In this document: piece after piece, positions 17,209-26,400 of the stretch
Layout: each line of letters begins with the position of its first letter
How positions within the stretch are numbered: position 1 is the first letter of the stretch
Source of the DNA: Candidatus Eiseniibacteriota bacterium
GTDB taxonomy: Bacteria > Eisenbacteria > RBG-16-71-46 > SZUA-252
Direction: 5' to 3'
Assembly (NCBI GenBank): GCA_041484545.1
Contig: JBGPHU010000001.1
Span: forward strand, 1 to 48,651
Length of the DNA: 48,651 nt
Translations under genes and position numbers: made by a program
Notes under the pieces: generated by a model
Seen by the model: the letters and a program-made list of their open reading frames with translations, nothing else
What the model was told of the DNA's origin: nothing
The model's database searches: none

Positions 17209-20200
17209 TCATCGGACCACGGCCAGTTTGGTGAACGTGACCTCGACGCCGCGGTCCGATTCTACCTCGACGCGGCAAACGTATACGCCGCTCGCCTGAG
17301 CGGAATGGTTCCACCGGATGGCGTGCTCGGCCGATCCCAGCAGGTCGGCGGCTCCCGTCGCGGGCTCCGCCACCACCTGCCCCGCCGTGTCGAGCACCTT
17401 GAGCCGCACCGCGCGGGCGTTCCCGGCGAGGCGGTAATGGATGAAGGAATCGCCGGAATGGGACGGGTTCGGGAAGGCATACACCTGGGAGAGGATGGAG
17501 GTCCCGGCCGAGGGCCCCGCGGGCCCCGAGGGTATGAACCCGGCGCGGGTGGGGCCGTAGCGGTACTGGGACCAGGCGACCGTCCCGGGCGCGGCTGGAA
17601 TCGACGTCGTGCGAACGTCGATCTGGACGCGCGGATCGGAGGGGACAGGGTCGAAGGTCTCGACCCACTCTAGAATTCCGTCGTTGTCGAGATCGAGGAG
17701 CATCGGCGGAGAGCCGGAGCCCGTGCTGCCCAGCTCGCCGAAGCCCGGGATCTTTTTTCCGTCGGCCCGGAATGCCGGCCGCGTCCCGTCCGGCAGGATG
17801 GGAATCACGTCCAGGATGCCGTCCTGGTCCACGTCCGCTATGAGCGGGGGCCAGAAGGCGGTCGAGTCCGCGGGCGCCAGCGGGTCCCGGGCGTCGATGG
17901 GGAACCCGCTCCTCGGCGAGCCGCTGTAATGAGCCGCGGCCACGCGGCAGCCGCCGCCGGCGTGGATGACCTCGGGGAAGCCGTCGTGCTCCAGGTCGCC
18001 GATCGACACCTCGGACAGCGCCCCCTGCGTGAGCGGCGCGGTGGGCCATCCGGGCAATTCCCGCGCGGTGATGTATTGCGAGGGAAGGTCTCCCCCGATG
18101 TGCGCCGCGAAGTTGAATTCGAATGCGTGGAGCGCGCCGTCCCGATCGGAAACCACGACCTCGGGTTTTCCGTCCCGGTTCAGATCCGCGAGGATCGGGG
18201 CGGAGAAGGCTCCCGGCTGGACCACGAAGGAGCCGTACTCGCTCGGGTCCGTTGGAAGGAGCGGATCGTTGAAGATCTCCCAGTTGGCGATGAAGAGCCC
18301 GCTGAACGTGTTCTCCCCGATGGTTCCCCGGGCACTCGCGATGACCACCTCGGGCAGCCCGTCGCCGTCCAGGTCCGCCGCCGCGGCGGGACCGGTGGTC
18401 GCTCCTCCGACAGGAATCAAGTAGGTAGAGATCGTGCCCGCCAGGTCGCGATACGCGGTGAGGAGGGAGCCTCCGCTTGCATTGGCCGAACGTCCACGGA
18501 TGATTTCCATCGCCCCGTCGCCGTCCAGGTCCGCCAGGATCGGCTGTCCGCCGCCGAGGGCGAAGTTGCCGGGCACGAGGACGCCCAGCGTCGCCGGGTT
18601 GGAATCTCCATCTTGAACCTCGGTTCCGTCCGCATGCATGGCGTAGATCGTTCCGTCCACCGTCTGGATGATGATCTCAGGGATTCCATCGCCGTCGATG
18701 TCGCCGGCGCACGGGGTCGCGTTCACGCCGGATGCCGTCGTGAGGAACACGTCCCGGGTCGCGGGATTGGAGTCACGATCGAGCAAGTCGTTCCCGTTGG
18801 GCTCGAGGACATAGACCGCGCCGGTGTTGTTGAGGCGCTGCACCGGCACGATCAGCTCGAGGAGCCCGTCCCCGTTCAGGTCCACGGCGAGCGGCGGTAC
18901 GCCCCCATTCCGCGAGCGCCCTCCGATCACCACGGGCCAGCCCGGTTTCTGCCGGTCGAAGGCGAGATTGAAGGTCATGAGGCTGTCGGCCGCGCCGATG
19001 TTCGTGACGGAGATGCCGGTGGCGACATGTCCGTACGCCTCCGTCGAGGGGTTCGTGGTGGGCGTCCAGTGGTCGCGCCATCCCGCCCGGAACACGTCGT
19101 CCGGGCTCCCACCGTTGAATCCGGTGGGAGGATCGTCCAGATCCTGGATGCCGTTCGCCTCGACCAGATCGATCGCCTTGCGATCCCGGTCCCCGTTCAC
19201 GATGTTGAGCGTGAGTCCCGAGGCGAGCTTCGATTCGTCCACGTGAAAGGCGAGGAGCCCGGAGCCGGTCCCGCTGCCTGGAAGGAAGTAGTCGAACTCC
19301 GCGCCGAGATAGCTATCCGTGTAGAAATCGAACGAGCCGTCGCCGTTCGCGTCGTCGAAATCGAACTTGCCGTTCCCGTTCAGGTCCTGCTCGCGGTTCT
19401 CGAGGAGAAAATATTCGCTCTGGGTGACCGGGATCTCGAGGAGCCTCGGATTCGCTCCCACGGTCCGCTCGACCTGCGAGAGCGCGACGGCCTGGCCGTT
19501 CGTGGCCCGCGCGGGAGTCAGCACCCCGAGGAACGCCTTGCTCCAGGCGCTCGGCGCGCACGGAACGAATCCGTTCGCGTTCCAGACTCCGGTCGCCATG
19601 ATGTCCCATGCGCCGAGCCCCTGCGAATAGCCGTTCACCCCCGCGTCGGTGTCGTACAAATCGGGCAATCCGAGCTGATGGCCGAACTCGTGGCAGGTGA
19701 CTCCGGTCATCCCGAAGACATAGCCGTCCTGGGTCTCGGACTCGGGTAGCTCCACGGCTTCCTTCACGCGGAAGAAGTTCCCGGGAGTGATGGCGTCGTT
19801 CGTCTTGATCCCGACCGCTCCGGTCGAATCCGGGAGTATGGCCTTCAAATCTTGTTGTGTGATGAACGCGGACCAGACCTGATCGCGGCTGTTGTCCAGA
19901 ACGTCCGCCTCCTGCCCCTGCCCCGCGTGGAAGATCACGATGCTCTGGTAGGGACGGAAGTCGACCGTGGAGTCGGCGAGCGCCACCATGTCGCGAACCA
20001 TGAAGACGACGCGCTCCTGGAACCGGTCATCGTTCCCGTAATAGGACATCGGATGCGGAAGGGTGAACACCGAATCCCACAGCGTGGGCTGGAGCGTCAC
20101 CGCCCCTTCCGTGACCTGGTTCCAGTACTGATTCATGAAGAACAGAAGGCGGTTGTAGTAGGCGGTCGAAGAATCGATGGGGGTGTCGCTGAAGGCCACC

Positions 20201-20472
20201 CTCACCGCGAGAACGCGCAGTGTCCCTTGCGCCTCGAGGGTGATGCGCTCGCCCCGAGCCGGCAGGAGCGCGAAATCGGGCCTGAGGCGCGAGGTGGAGA
20301 AGCCCTCTCTAGGCCCGACGGCACCGTGCTTCCCAGGGACGGGCGGCACGGCCGAAGCCGTTTGCGTAAGCAGTGTTAGGGAGATTGCCAGGAGGAACGC
20401 GGACGTCCGACTGGGCCGGGGCGTACCGAATCGCACCTGAGAAGTGTATCCGCGATCGCACGCCCCGGTCAA
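17209..20472 (-). CDS. Secreted M6 (immune inhibitor A-like) metalloprotease with FG-GAP/VCBS repeats and a C-terminal T9SS/FlgD-Ig-type sorting domain
   Basis: 1087 aa. GVTCHEFGHQLGLPDLYD is the M6 HExxH motif. At least seven Ca-binding FG-GAP loops (DLNGDGLLE, DIDGDGIPE, DLDGDGAME, DLDGDGLPE, DLNRDGKPE, DVDQDGILD, DLDNDGILE). C-terminus FPNPSHSGDSFIHYRL...ASGVYVCRVEV....FTKLAVVR. The start is TTG 20472 or GTG 20436. Confidence 0.85.
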   Translation of the reverse strand: MTGACDRGYTSQVRFGTPRPSRTSAFLLAISLTLLTQTASAVPPVPGKHGAVGPREGFSTSRLRPDFALLPARGERITLEAQGTLRVLAVRVAFSDTPIDSSTAYYNRLLFFMNQYWNQVTEGAVTLQPTLWDSVFTLPHPMSYYGNDDRFQERVVFMVRDMVALADSTVDFRPYQSIVIFHAGQGQEADVLDNSRDQVWSAFITQQDLKAILPDSTGAVGIKTNDAITPGNFFRVKEAVELPESETQDGYVFGMTGVTCHEFGHQLGLPDLYDTDAGVNGYSQGLGAWDIMATGVWNANGFVPCAPSAWSKAFLGVLTPARATNGQAVALSQVERTVGANPRLLEIPVTQSEYFLLENREQDLNGNGKFDFDDANGDGSFDFYTDSYLGAEFDYFLPGSGTGSGLLAFHVDESKLASGLTLNIVNGDRDRKAIDLVEANGIQDLDDPPTGFNGGSPDDVFRAGWRDHWTPTTNPSTEAYGHVATGISVTNIGAADSLMTFNLAFDRQKPGWPVVIGGRSRNGGVPPLAVDLNGDGLLELIVPVQRLNNTGAVYVLEPNGNDLLDRDSNPATRDVFLTTASGVNATPCAGDIDGDGIPEIIIQTVDGTIYAMHADGTEVQDGDSNPATLGVLVPGNFALGGGQPILADLDGDGAMEIIRGRSANASGGSLLTAYRDLAGTISTYLIPVGGATTGPAAAADLDGDGLPEVVIASARGTIGENTFSGLFIANWEIFNDPLLPTDPSEYGSFVVQPGAFSAPILADLNRDGKPEVVVSDRDGALHAFEFNFAAHIGGDLPSQYITARELPGWPTAPLTQGALSEVSIGDLEHDGFPEVIHAGGGCRVAAAHYSGSPRSGFPIDARDPLAPADSTAFWPPLIADVDQDGILDVIPILPDGTRPAFRADGKKIPGFGELGSTGSGSPPMLLDLDNDGILEWVETFDPVPSDPRVQIDVRTTSIPAAPGTVAWSQYRYGPTRAGFIPSGPAGPSAGTSILSQVYAFPNPSHSGDSFIHYRLAGNARAVRLKVLDTAGQVVAEPATGAADLLGSAEHAIRWNHSAQASGVYVCRVEVESDRGVEVTFTKLAVVR

Positions 20473-20512
20473 TGCCGGCGCTCAGCGTCCGTCCTGTCTT
20501 TCCCGCCCCTGA

Positions 20513-22051
20513 TCACCGCGATCGGCCACGGCCCTGATCACCGCGGTCGCCATGGTCCCCGCGGTCGCGGTTTCCGTCGTCCTGCCTCGCGCGATCCCCC
20601 TGGCCCTTGTTGTCCCCTTGGCTCTTGTCATCCTTTTGGCTCTTATCGTCACTGTGGCTCTTGTCATCACTGTTGCGATTGCCGCCACCACGCTCCTCGC
20701 GCGGCGGTGCGGGCCGTTCCCGGCCCCCACGGTCCCCCTGCGGCGGCTGCCCGCGATCGGGCTGAGGCTGGCGCTCCCGGCGGTCCTGCGGCCGCTGCCC
20801 GCGGTCCTGCGGCTGCCCGCGGTCCTGCGGCTGCCCGCGGTCCCGGGCGTTGCCTCCCTGGTTTTCGGGCGCGCGACGCTCGCCCCGCTGCCACCATCCT
20901 CGATTCGCGGGAGGATTCGGCCTATCGCCGCGATCGCGCCATCCGCGGTCCGGCGCCGGCACGGGACGCGCGCGGTCCCGGTTCCCCTGGTCCCCGGGCT
21001 GGATCACTCGATTCCGGTTCTCCCTGAGTCTCAAAATCTCGTCGCGTCCCCTCCAGATGCGTCCCTCGCGGTAGCGGCGAAGGTCACGGAATTCGGGCCT
21101 CGCGGACCGCGCCTGAGGCGGGCGCTCCCGGCGATTCCGGATGTCGCGCTCGGGGAGAAAGCGCGTGCGCAGCACGGCCCGGCCGTCAAGGGAGGACCAC
21201 TGCGATTTCCACTGGCGGTAGCGGGTCGGCGCCCCAGGACGCACGCGATAGATGTACCGCGGCCGCACCGTGCCGAACCGGATCGGCGCGTAGTGCGCCC
21301 ACGTCGCATCGACGCGGATCTCGAACACCGAGCAGGCGTTGACGTACGGATCGAAATAGAACGGATGATAGTGGCAGTCGGCGCAGACGTACCGCGGGTA
21401 GTCGACCCGCCGGTCGATGTAGAAATAGGTCTCGTTGGTCGCGACCCGGTCCTCGCGTCCCGGCGGGACGATCCGCCTTACGATCCGGTCGATCCCCACG
21501 TAGGGATCCCCCGCGATCTGTCCGGAGTTCGTGTCGTCGCCCTCGTCGTCCTCGAGATCGGGACGTCCGCCGTCCGCGCGGTCCGCCGAGAGATACCAGG
21601 GAAGATTCTGGAACGGGAACGGGCTCGCCACCGCGACGACGTACTCGATGCCCGCGGGCCCGTCGGCGACCAGATCGTAGGGGTCGCTTCGAGAAGGGAT
21701 CCGGTACGCGCGTCCCCCCTCGACGAGCGGCGGATCCTCGGGGCCGTAGGGATAGACGAGATGGATGTACCCGTCGGTATCGACATTGAACACGAGCACG
21801 TAGCTGTCCGTGGAGGAGCGGAAATAGACCCGCATGCTTTCCCCGGGCCGGTAGATGCCGCCCTCCTCCTTATTGACCCAGACATCCACGTCGGGCCGGC
21901 CCCCATGGACAATCCTTTGAGCCGGGTAAACGTCCGCCGCCGGATCATCCGCGGCGGCGGGCAACGGGACATGCTCGGCCGCGACGGCCGGAACGGCCGC
22001 CGCGACGAGGGTCATCCAAGCCACCGCGAATAGAGCCCGCGATCGTTTCAT
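20513..22051 (-). CDS. Exported DUF4384-domain protein with a long Arg/Asp/Gly/Gln-rich disordered tail
   Basis: 512 aa with a signal peptide. DUF4384-like core reads VWVNKEEGGIYRPGESMRVYFRSSTDSYVLVFNVDTDGYIHLVYP. A Cys-containing middle (YVCADCHYHPFYFDPYVNAC) is followed by about 215 aa of RDRG/QPQDRG/DDKS repeats. Its ATG overlaps the upstream stop as ATGA. Confidence 0.7.
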   Translation of the reverse strand: MKRSRALFAVAWMTLVAAAVPAVAAEHVPLPAAADDPAADVYPAQRIVHGGRPDVDVWVNKEEGGIYRPGESMRVYFRSSTDSYVLVFNVDTDGYIHLVYPYGPEDPPLVEGGRAYRIPSRSDPYDLVADGPAGIEYVVAVASPFPFQNLPWYLSADRADGGRPDLEDDEGDDTNSGQIAGDPYVGIDRIVRRIVPPGREDRVATNETYFYIDRRVDYPRYVCADCHYHPFYFDPYVNACSVFEIRVDATWAHYAPIRFGTVRPRYIYRVRPGAPTRYRQWKSQWSSLDGRAVLRTRFLPERDIRNRRERPPQARSARPEFRDLRRYREGRIWRGRDEILRLRENRNRVIQPGDQGNRDRARPVPAPDRGWRDRGDRPNPPANRGWWQRGERRAPENQGGNARDRGQPQDRGQPQDRGQRPQDRRERQPQPDRGQPPQGDRGGRERPAPPREERGGGNRNSDDKSHSDDKSQKDDKSQGDNKGQGDRARQDDGNRDRGDHGDRGDQGRGRSR

Positions 22052-22827
22052 CAGGGCACCCGCCTCGTGAGTTCGGGGTTATTGGCGTCGATCTGGTACG
22101 CCCAGTCCATGACCATCGCCGAGCCGTCGCGCGATTTCACCTCAAACTTCGCGTAGTGGTTGTCGCGCGTGAGAACGATGTAGCTGTGTCCGACGATCGC
22201 TTCCACCAGACCGTCCGCCGACCAGCCCGATGGCGGCGCGAAATCGACGTCGCGGAGCGCCACGAATCCCGCGTCCTGGATCTTCGTATTCAGGGTATCG
22301 GGAACGTAGACCAGGTAGTGACCCCCTTGCGAGCCGTAATAAACGTCGGTCTGCGCGTTGAGGGAAGATCGGCGGACCTGCGCCGAGAAATCCCATCCGC
22401 TCACGCTGTCGACGGCGAAGGTGTTCGTGAGCGAAACACCGAATCCCTCGGGCCGCGGCGTGTCGAACACGTTTTCGAAACTCAGCTCAGCGCTCTCCTG
22501 TCCCGCGAGGTCCACGGCCGCGACAGCGTAGAAGTAGGTGTTCCCGTTCGCGACGCTCGTATCGATGAAGCTCGTCGTGGTGCTGGATCCGACCAGAGTG
22601 AAGGTGCCGGTCGCCGCCGAATTTCCATAAATCTTGTAGTAGGCGATGTCGCTTTCCTGGTTCGCGCGCCAGTAGACGGTGACCCGGCCGTCGCCCGTGA
22701 CGCTGTACACGCCGTCCACCGTGTGCGGCGGGCGGTCGCTCGTAGCGTTGGTGACTTTGTCGCCATGGCAGCCGAGCACCAGGAATGCGGTCGAGAGGGC
22801 GAGCACTTTGGTCAGGTTCCGGATCAC
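22051..22827 (-). CDS. Lipoprotein with a fibronectin type III-like domain
   Basis: 258 aa. Lipobox LVLGC. FN3-like VTVYWRANQESDIAYYKIYGNS...GNTYFYAVAAVDLAGQES. GTG start preceded by GAAGGAGGT. Confidence 0.7.
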   Translation of the reverse strand: MIRNLTKVLALSTAFLVLGCHGDKVTNATSDRPPHTVDGVYSVTGDGRVTVYWRANQESDIAYYKIYGNSAATGTFTLVGSSTTTSFIDTSVANGNTYFYAVAAVDLAGQESAELSFENVFDTPRPEGFGVSLTNTFAVDSVSGWDFSAQVRRSSLNAQTDVYYGSQGGHYLVYVPDTLNTKIQDAGFVALRDVDFAPPSGWSADGLVEAIVGHSYIVLTRDNHYAKFEVKSRDGSAMVMDWAYQIDANNPELTRRVP

Positions 22828-22883
22828 GATGCCTACCTCCTTCGGTTCTTGAGACGAGGGCAGTGCTTGTCAAGCCCTCGAAC

Positions 22884-22899
22884 CGCAAGCGACATGCCA
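22884..22899 (-). promoter_or_regulatory. Sigma-54 (-24/-12) promoter-like element in front of the FN3-DUF4384-M6-PorV operon
   Basis: The minus strand reads TGGCAT-GTCGC-TTGCG with canonical spacing. The -12 GC lies about 58 nt upstream of the GTG start at 22827. Confidence 0.65.
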
Positions 22900-23075
22900 C
22901 GCTGCGCGCGATCCAGTTCATCGCTGTAATCGATGTGACATTTGGAGGTTATGGAGACTCGGACCGTGGAGGCGGACCTCTGCCGACGTAGGGTATCGGG
23001 GACACTGTGACGGGGAGGAAACAGAGGATGGGCCGACAGTTTCGTCGCCTTCGGGCACAAGTCGCGTTCGAGCAC

Positions 23076-23115
23076 AAAAAAACGCGGGAGCATATGCTCG
23101 CGCACACGCTCCCGC
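23076..23115 (-). terminator. Strong intrinsic terminator (minus strand)
   Basis: The minus strand reads UUUUUUU-GCGGGAGC-(16 nt)-GCUCCCGC-G-UUUUUUU. This is an 8-bp GC-rich stem followed by U7. Confidence 0.75.
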
Positions 23116-23249
23116 AAAAAAATGAGCCCCGGCCCAACCAGCTCTATTGGGTTACGGCTACTTCGATCAAGGCCGGTGCTCGATCGGGCAGCTAACCCAC
23201 CACCACGCTGGCTAAACCCGCAGGCTCCTTGGAGGTCCCCCCCTCCGGT
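23076..23249 (-). ncRNA. Candidate sigma-54-dependent small RNA (about 175 nt), family not recognised
   Basis: Bounded by the sigma-54-like promoter at 23260-23275 and the terminator at 23076-23115. No RBS-preceded ORF. Hairpins seen: CCGGAGG..CCUCCAAGG, CGAUCGA-N9-UUGAUCG, CCCAA-N9-UUGGG. U-rich stretch before the terminator. Confidence 0.45.
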
Positions 23250-23259
23250 CACATGTCAT

Positions 23260-23275
23260 TGCAGTCCGCATGCCA
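23260..23275 (-). promoter_or_regulatory. Sigma-54 (-24/-12) promoter-like element downstream of the activator gene
   Basis: The minus strand reads TGGCAT-GCGGA-CTGCA, with GG and GC at canonical spacing. Lies 211 nt after the activator stop, flanked upstream by an AT-rich island. Confidence 0.5.
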
Positions 23276-23485
23276 AGATATTGGACTACATGACACTCTG
23301 AGAAATATAGCTGTAGCAGCTTGCAATTAAGGCTGTTGCAATGAAGCACCAGACGTCGATCGGCACCGGCCGCGGGTCGGATTATCAAAGAATATTACAG
23401 GTCATTTAATAGTAGTTTGGGTCAAGGTGGCGATATCGATGCAGGAGAGTAAGTTAGTGCAGTAAAGAAGCTTTATATCAAAAAC

Positions 23486-26400
23486 TTAAGACTTTTGCCG
23501 GATTCCGAGGCGGCGATCAAGCTGGTAGATCTTGATCTTCTGGAGCAGGGTTGGATAGCTGAGGGAAAGTTCGCGGGCTGCCTTTAGCTTGTTCCAGTTG
23601 CTGCGCTCGAGAGCCTGGCCGATGAGCTTCCGCTCGACCTTGGCCACCTCGACCCTGAGAGTCGCCGGTGAATTGCCGTTCGTCTCTTCCTCGGCCCGGA
23701 GAAGCTCGCGCGGCACCAGCCGGAGCGAGAGAGGCTCTCCTTCGTTTGCGAGCACTACCATCCGCTTCACAACCTTCTCCAGCTCGCGCACGTTGCCGCG
23801 CCAGGGAAGCTCGGCGAAAAGGCGCAGCATCTCGGGCTCCACGCCGCTGATCTGTTTCCCCATCTCGGAGGCGAATCTCCTGCTGTAATGGTCGACGAGA
23901 AGCGGAATGTCCTCGGGGCGGTCGCGAAGCGGCGGCACCCGGAAGCAGATATCGTTGAGCCGGTAGTAGAGATCCTCGAGGAACTCTCCCTTGGCGATCC
24001 TGGCCTTCAAGTTCACGTTGGTCGCGCAGAGCACCCTCACGTCCACCTTCGTGGACTTGTTCCCGCCCACGGGACGAACCTCGCGGTTGTCCAGCACTTG
24101 CAAAAGCTTCCCCTGGATCGTGATGGTCGTCTTGTCCACCTCGTCCAGGAAGAGGGTCCCGCCGTTCGCCTCGACGAAGAGGCCGGACTTTTCGCGCACG
24201 GCGCCGGTGAAGGCGCCCTGCACGTGGCCGAAAAGCTCGGATTCGAGGAGCGGCTCGGGAAGCGCCGCGCAGTTGACCTGGATCAAGGGCTTCGTCGCGC
24301 GATTGCTCGACGCGTGGATCGCCCTGGCCAGAAGCCCCTTGCCGCTCCCGGTTTCTCCCTCGATCAGGATCGTCGCGTCGCTGGGTCCAACCCGCTCGAG
24401 GAGCGAGAGAATCTCCAAGAGCTCGCGGCTGCGGGTCACGATGCCGTGATCGTTGGCGGTCCCGAGCAGGCGACCGCGGAGCGACATGTTCTCCCTGGCC
24501 AGCTCGCGACGCTGCGACTCCAGAATTGCGACCGCGACGTAGTTGCTGAGCACCGCGATCAGGTTCACCTCGCGCTGCTTGAACGTGCCGAGCGGTCCCT
24601 CGGCCTGCCGGTCCAGGTATAGGAACCCGGGCTGTCCCGATGGAAGCGAGAGCGGCATGATTACGAGGCTCGTCCTGGGACCGAGGGCGTGCGCCGCCGG
24701 GAAGTCGCGGAACCTGGGATCGACCCCCGCGCGGCTCGCCACGACGGGGCCGGACGCCAGCCGGTCCGCGCCGACGCGCGCCAGAAGCTCGCGAAGGAGA
24801 TCCTGAGCCACGCGCATCGAGATTCCCGTCGCCGCGAGGACGGTGGCGCTGCCGTCCGGGGAGGGCGCCACGACACAGCCGCGCGTCGCGCCCGACCGGC
24901 GCACCAGAAGGCTCAGGATTTCCTGCACCGAGCCTTCCCCATTTTCCACGCGCAGCACGCGGCGGATCTCGTCGAAGGCGGCGAATTCGTTGCTCTGCGC
25001 CGTGGTGCCTTCGATGAGACCCTGCTCGACTTCGCGCCGGAACGCCTCGATCTCGCGCTCGAGCGCGGGCTCCTGGTGGTCGGCGAAGAGCGACGCCGCG
25101 TGGTCCAGGTGGATGACCGCCTCGTCCACCAGCCCGCGGCACATCTCGCTTCGCGCCAGCTCGAGAAGCGCGCCGCCCGTCAACTCCGGCAGCCCGAAGC
25201 TCTCGAAGCCGGCCGCCGCGCGGCGGAGGTAGCTCACCGACTCGTCGAGGATCGCGCGCGACTTGCCGCGACGGGCGCGCTTGCGCCACGTGAGGCCGGC
25301 CGAGAAGCAGAGACGCGCCAGCTCGTAGCGCTTGCCGATCTGGTTCAGGATCTCGCTCGCCTGATCGAGGTAGGTGCGGCCCTGATCCAGATCGCCATCC
25401 TCGGCGCGGGCGAGCCCGATGAGCTTGAGCGAGCACGCTTCCTCGAGACGATCGCCGAGGCGCCGCGCGATCACCAGGGCGCGCTCCGCGATCCGCACGG
25501 CGGGCTCCAGCTCGAGCGCAGCCAGGTGCACTTCCCCGAGCCGGCGCAGCAGCTCTACCGTGAGGTCCGACTCGGGCGCAACCTGGTCGGCCATGACGAG
25601 CGCGGCCTCGAATTCCTTGCGCGCCTCGGCGATCGAGCCGCGGTCCAGGTGGTAGTCGCCCAGGGCCTCGCGGGCCAGGATCGTCTCGCGCGGATATCCG
25701 CGCTCGACCGCGAGCGCGAGGGTTTCGTGGATCAGCTCCTCGGCCTGCGCCCAATCGCGGCGTTTGCGCTTGAGATTGCCCAGGCAGCAGAGGGCGCGCG
25801 CGCGGCCCGCCGCGTAGCCCACCTCGGTGTACATCTGGAGCCCGCGGCGGTAGTGCTCTTCCGCCAGATCCCAATCGCCCATCTTGTCGTGCACGATGCC
25901 GATGTTGTGCAGGTAGGTCGCCGCGTCATGAAAGTGTCCGGAGCGCTCGCTGATCCGGAGCGCCTGCTCCAGGAACCGCAGCGCTTCCTTGAACCGGCAT
26001 TGGTTCTTGTGGAGAAGGCCGAGGTTGTTATACGCCGCGGCCATGCCGCTCTGGTAGTCGGCGCGGCGGTAGGTCGCGATCGCGCTCTCGAAGTGCTCCC
26101 GCGCCGAATTCCACTCGCCCGTGCGCAGCCCGATGGCGCCGAGGCACATCTCGGTGTGACCCAGGTCCAGGTTGAGCGTGGTGTCGCGAAGGAGGCGGTA
26201 GGCAAGCGAAGCGGACTTGTGCGCGGCGCGATAGCGTCCGCGCTCGAAGAGCAGGATGCCGAGCCGCGAGGAGAGCCGCCCGACCTGCTCCCGAGTGACG
26301 TGCGGGCGGAGCCTCCGGTGGAGATCATGGAGGGCTTCGACCGCTTCGTTCAGATCTCCGCGGTGCCTTAGGCACTCGACGATCTGCGTTCCGGTCTTGA

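Noticed and set aside
16271-18049. 592-aa track ORF fusing PorV with an out-of-frame overlap of the protease gene; similar 5' extensions occur in ORFs 5823..7220, 27259..28524, 28230..29435, 36852..38288 and 34239..35735
   Set aside because: The extensions overlap neighbouring genes or lack coding character. Internal starts give proper signal peptides, canonical N-termini or SD sequences.
17929-19749. 606-aa ORF antisense to the M6 protease gene
   Set aside because: A long open antisense frame caused by high GC. The sense strand has HExxH and FG-GAP repeats.
20552-22033. 493-aa ORF antisense to the DUF4384 gene
   Set aside because: The sense frame has a signal peptide and the DUF4384 core. 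The antisense frame is low-complexity.
22925-22940. TGT-N10-ACA (TGTAATCGATGTGACA), a NifA-type UAS pattern upstream of the operon promoter
   Set aside because: It lies only about 30 bp from the -24 element, closer than functional enhancers usually are. The pattern is expected by chance at roughly 0.1-0.2 per intergenic region of this size. Kept only as a note.
22833-23252. 139-aa ORF covering the candidate sRNA, the terminator and the operon promoter
   Set aside because: It reads straight through an intrinsic terminator hairpin and a promoter. It has no SD and an Arg/Ser/Leu-rich composition.
24689-26371. 560-aa ORF antisense to the sigma-54 activator (also the overlapping 785-aa same-strand out-of-frame ORF 23517..25874)
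   Set aside because: The activator frame has the GAFTGA and Walker motifs. The alternative frames are Arg/Ala/Gly-rich with no motifs.
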